Assembly: GCA_034433385.1 (NCBI GenBank) | Contig: DAOUAN010000154.1 | Span: forward strand, 3,806 to 67,805 | Origin: Anaerolineales bacterium | Lineage (GTDB): Bacteria; Chloroflexota; Anaerolineae; Anaerolineales; Villigracilaceae | Direction: 5' to 3' | Length of the DNA stretch: 64,000 bases | Shown: one piece after another, positions 61,369 to 64,000 of the stretch | How positions within the stretch are numbered: the first letter of the stretch is position 1 | Layout of the letters: each line of letters starts with the position of its first letter | Position numbers and translations under genes: made by a program | Notes under the pieces: generated by a model | Seen by the model: the letters and a program-made list of their open reading frames with translations, nothing else | Told to the model about the DNA's origin: nothing | The model's database searches: none

Positions 61369-61652
61369 CCTACGTTTTGTGCCATCAGGAGCGATTTAAT
61401 GAAAAACGCTTCGAAAGTAAAAATTCTCATCGGTTGAATTACAGGTCGTCTCCATCCGCTTTCGTGGGAGGGATGCAGAGGGGCTCTTCTCCAGTCTGGT
61501 GCTTCAAACATCTCCTCCCCCGTCCGAGAGATGAAAGTTGTACTGTATGTATTCACGGAGGGGGGAGGGGCAGGCAGCGAAGATGGTACGTGCAAAATCT
61601 TGTCCCTGAGGTTGTTTTTCATGCTTTGTCCGGCCGTTGCACAAAAATCAGG
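61369..61652 (+). mobile_element. MITE-like element, 284-bp copy directly upstream of the radical SAM gene
   Basis: The left end is CCTACGTTTTGTGCCATCAGGAGCGATTTAATGAAAAACGCTTCGAAAG. The right end is CTGAGGTTGTTTTTCATGCTTTGTCCGGCCGTTGCACAAAAATCAGG. The left end lies 13 nt from the rSAM start codon and abuts its AAGGAG. Confidence 0.7.
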
Positions 61653-61908
61653 CTGGCTGGCCGGGAGATGGCTTCGACGGAAGAACGCCGTCTCGCCATG
61701 ACAACCCAACAGATGGGTTTTACCCCGAATTGACGTTAAAAGGGATCTGAGCCTTTGCAGATAAAGAAAAGCCAGGACGGTTTGGCCTGTTACTTCTAAT
61801 CTTACCCAATTTTATCCAAAAATAAAGTGACAAAAGTTATATCCGCTGGAATGACAAATGCCGGGCAAACCGTTGTATAATTCAACTATCTGTACCGAGG
61901 AGAATTTT

Positions 61909-63033
61909 GTGACCGATACGCGCATTCAGAAATTTGCCAAAATTCTGGTAGAGCATTCTGCTCGCATCAAACCCGGCGATCGGGTTTTGATCGAAGGCAC
62001 CACTGCCGCCGAGCCGTTGATTCGCGAATTGATAATTCAGATTTTGCAAAAAGGCGGGCATCCGCATCCACTGGTATCTCTGCCGGGCATGATGCCGTTC
62101 AGCCAGGAAGAATTTTATCTTACCTATGCCGGCGAGGAACAGCTGGATTTTGTGCCCACCTTTTACAAACTGGCCTACGATCAATTCGAATCGCGCATCC
62201 GCATTCACTCAGCGACCAACACCCGCGGCACAACCGGCATTGACCCGGCCAAATCGCAACGGCGCGGCAAGGCCCTGAGCGTCATCTCCGAAGCGCAGTT
62301 CCGACGCGGCGCAGAAGGCGTCTTCAAATGGGTCACCACACTGTATCCCACCGAGGCGTATGCCCAGGACGCCAGCATGAGCCTGATGGAATACCAGGAT
62401 TTTGTCTTTGGCGCTGTCCATGCGGACGCTGAAGACCCCATTGCTTTCTGGAAGAGTGTGGAAGAAAAGCAACAGGCTGCCGTGGATTTCATGAAGGGCA
62501 AAAACCAGGTCGTTTTGCGCGGCCCCAATGTGGATCTCACTCTTTCGGTCAAGGGACGCACCTTCATGAACTCCTTTGGGACGTTCAACATGCCAGATGG
62601 CGAAATTTACACCGGCCCGGTGGAAGATTCGGTGAATGGCTGGGTGAAATTCACCTACCCGGCAATTTACGGCGGCGTCGCCGTCGAAGGGGCCGAGCTC
62701 ACCTTTTCCAATGGGCGCGTCACAAGCGCTCGCGCTGACAAAAATCAGGATTACCTGCTCAAAATGCTGGAAACGGATGCCGGCTCGCGCTACCTGGGCG
62801 AGTTTGCCATCGGCACCAACTTTGACATCAACCGTTTTACCGGCAACATCCTGTTTGATGAGAAAATTGGTGGCTCGTTCCACATGGCCCTGGGGGCGGG
62901 CTATCCGGAGACCGGCTCGCGCAACAAATCGGCCATTCACTGGGATATGATCTGTGACATGCGCACCGATTCGGAAATCCTGGTAGATGGGGAATTGTTC
63001 TACAAAGATGGACAATTCGTCTTTCAAAAATGA
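61909..63033 (+). CDS. Aminopeptidase, peptidase M29 (AmpS/PepS) family
   Basis: TDTRIQKFAKILVEHSARIKPGDRVLIEG start region and a C-terminal GTNF...FDEKIGGSFHMALG...HWDM. A GTG start at 61909 is preceded by GAGGAG. The ORF-track ATG at 61858 lacks an SD. Confidence 0.8.
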   Translation: MTDTRIQKFAKILVEHSARIKPGDRVLIEGTTAAEPLIRELIIQILQKGGHPHPLVSLPGMMPFSQEEFYLTYAGEEQLDFVPTFYKLAYDQFESRIRIHSATNTRGTTGIDPAKSQRRGKALSVISEAQFRRGAEGVFKWVTTLYPTEAYAQDASMSLMEYQDFVFGAVHADAEDPIAFWKSVEEKQQAAVDFMKGKNQVVLRGPNVDLTLSVKGRTFMNSFGTFNMPDGEIYTGPVEDSVNGWVKFTYPAIYGGVAVEGAELTFSNGRVTSARADKNQDYLLKMLETDAGSRYLGEFAIGTNFDINRFTGNILFDEKIGGSFHMALGAGYPETGSRNKSAIHWDMICDMRTDSEILVDGELFYKDGQFVFQK

Positions 63034-63088
63034 ATGTTCGGGCTGCAATAGCCTGAAATCAAAAAAGGCGAGGGCTTCCTCGCCTTTT

Positions 63089-63445
63089 TCAATATCTCCT
63101 CACGGTGGGATCAATCAAACGGGCATATTCGTCGATGCCCCCGCGCACGCTAAAGACGCGTGGATAGCCCTGGCTGATCAGCCAACTCGTCACCGTTGCG
63201 CTGCGCACGCCATGATGACAGAGTACATAGATCGCGGTCTGCGGATCGCGTCCCGCCGGGGGCAGGGCAGCAATTCCCTGTTGGGCCAGGCGGCTCAGGG
63301 CCACGACCTGGAGGCGGCTGTCCGCGATCGCGGCCCGATCCACCTCCCAGGCTTCACGCACATCCAGCAAGAGAAAATTCTCGCTCGAAGCAAGTTTTCG
63401 AGCGAGTTCGTGAACGTCAATTTCTGGGATGGTCTGTCCGCTCAT
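63089..63445 (-). CDS. Single-domain rhodanese (sulfurtransferase)
   Basis: LLLDVREAWE and the active-site loop YVLCHHGVRSA, then GGIDEY. Confidence 0.85.
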   Translation of the reverse strand: MSGQTIPEIDVHELARKLASSENFLLLDVREAWEVDRAAIADSRLQVVALSRLAQQGIAALPPAGRDPQTAIYVLCHHGVRSATVTSWLISQGYPRVFSVRGGIDEYARLIDPTVRRY

Positions 63446-64000
63446 TGGGCAAGCAGACTTTCGGATTTCAGCGCTGGCAGATACAGCCGCTCCACGTATT
63501 CTTTGACCATGCGCCGCGTGCTGAATTGCGGGGTAACCGTGCGCAGCGAGGCCTTAACTCGCTCAATCCATTCGCGCGGCAAGTTGCTGGGGTCGCGATC
63601 GTAGTACAGCGGGATGATTTCGTTCTCCAGGGTGGAATACAGGCTTTCGGCATCGGCGCGATCTTGCACTTCACTGGCCTCCGGGTCTTTATCTTCCCCG
63701 ATGGCCCAGCCATTGCGTCCGTTGTAGGCCTCGCGCCACCAGCCATCCAGCACGGAAAAATTGAGCACACCGTTCAGGCCGGCCTTCATGCCCGAAGTAC
63801 CACTGGCCTCCATGGGGCGGCGCGGCGTGTTCAGCCATACATCCACTCCCTGCACCAGATAACGGGCTACGTTCATATCGTAGTCTTCCAAAAAGACCAG
63901 GCGACCACCACTCTCGGCTTTTTTGACGATGCGATAAATTTGCTGAATCAATTGTTTGCCGGGTTCATCGGCCGGGTGAGCCTTGCCGGCAAAGATAATT
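63442..64000 (-). CDS. glgP: Alpha-glucan (glycogen/maltodextrin) phosphorylase, C-terminal part; N-terminus lies beyond the window end
   Basis: MEASGTSGMKAGLNGVLNFSVLDGWWREAY is the PLP-Lys region of alpha-glucan phosphorylases. The frame stays open to base 64000. Its stop overlaps the rhodanese start by 4 nt. Confidence 0.8.
   Translation of the reverse strand, partial: IIFAGKAHPADEPGKQLIQQIYRIVKKAESGGRLVFLEDYDMNVARYLVQGVDVWLNTPRRPMEASGTSGMKAGLNGVLNFSVLDGWWREAYNGRNGWAIGEDKDPEASEVQDRADAESLYSTLENEIIPLYYDRDPSNLPREWIERVKASLRTVTPQFSTRRMVKEYVERLYLPALKSESLLAQ

Overview
This is a 64-kb chromosomal window with high GC. Its gene content and repeat types look like a Chloroflexota (Anaerolineae-like) genome; that assignment is inference only. 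I support about 55 protein genes, mostly housekeeping. They include dnaE, dnaN, lepA, tmk, pdxS/pdxT, gdh, pepF, mevalonate kinase, two deoxynucleoside kinases, tlyA and a GT4/GT-C/GT4 glycosylation operon. There is also a long minus-strand pyrimidine operon (pyrC-pyrB-pyrF-permease-GT-C-pyrE-dinB-pyrD). I saw no rRNA, tRNA, CRISPR array, transposase or phage gene.

The most interesting signal is mostly non-coding or structural:
1. A GEMM-I (c-di-GMP-I) riboswitch plus terminator sits in the leader of a stand-alone GT2 synthase that also carries a PilZ domain.
2. A cluster of perfect DnaA boxes in two opposed arrays lies next to spoVS, about 20 kb from dnaN. It is a candidate oriC.
3. A family of heptad-periodic palindromic repeats sits flush between operon genes (pdxS|pdxT, pyrB|pyrF). 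One 63-nt copy is inserted in frame inside pyrF. There is also a tandem TGA-containing heptamer array that gives stops in all three frames.
4. A lipoprotein rhodanese has an in-frame TGA two residues after the active-site Cys, followed by a SECIS-like hairpin. It is either a selenoprotein or a pseudogene.
5. An AbrB-fused radical SAM/SPASM enzyme is co-operonic with two tandem CrtI/RetSat-like flavoproteins. No precursor peptide is evident.
6. There are three further dispersed repeat families. One is a MITE-like element with about 45-bp imperfect TIRs (4 copies). One is a 114-bp long-hairpin repeat upstream of pdxS and of an SdpI-like gene. One is the GTCATTGCGAG...CTCGCAATGAC palindromic element.
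7. A CDF transporter is frameshifted at a homopolymer.

All functional calls come from reading motifs in the translations. No database search was run.
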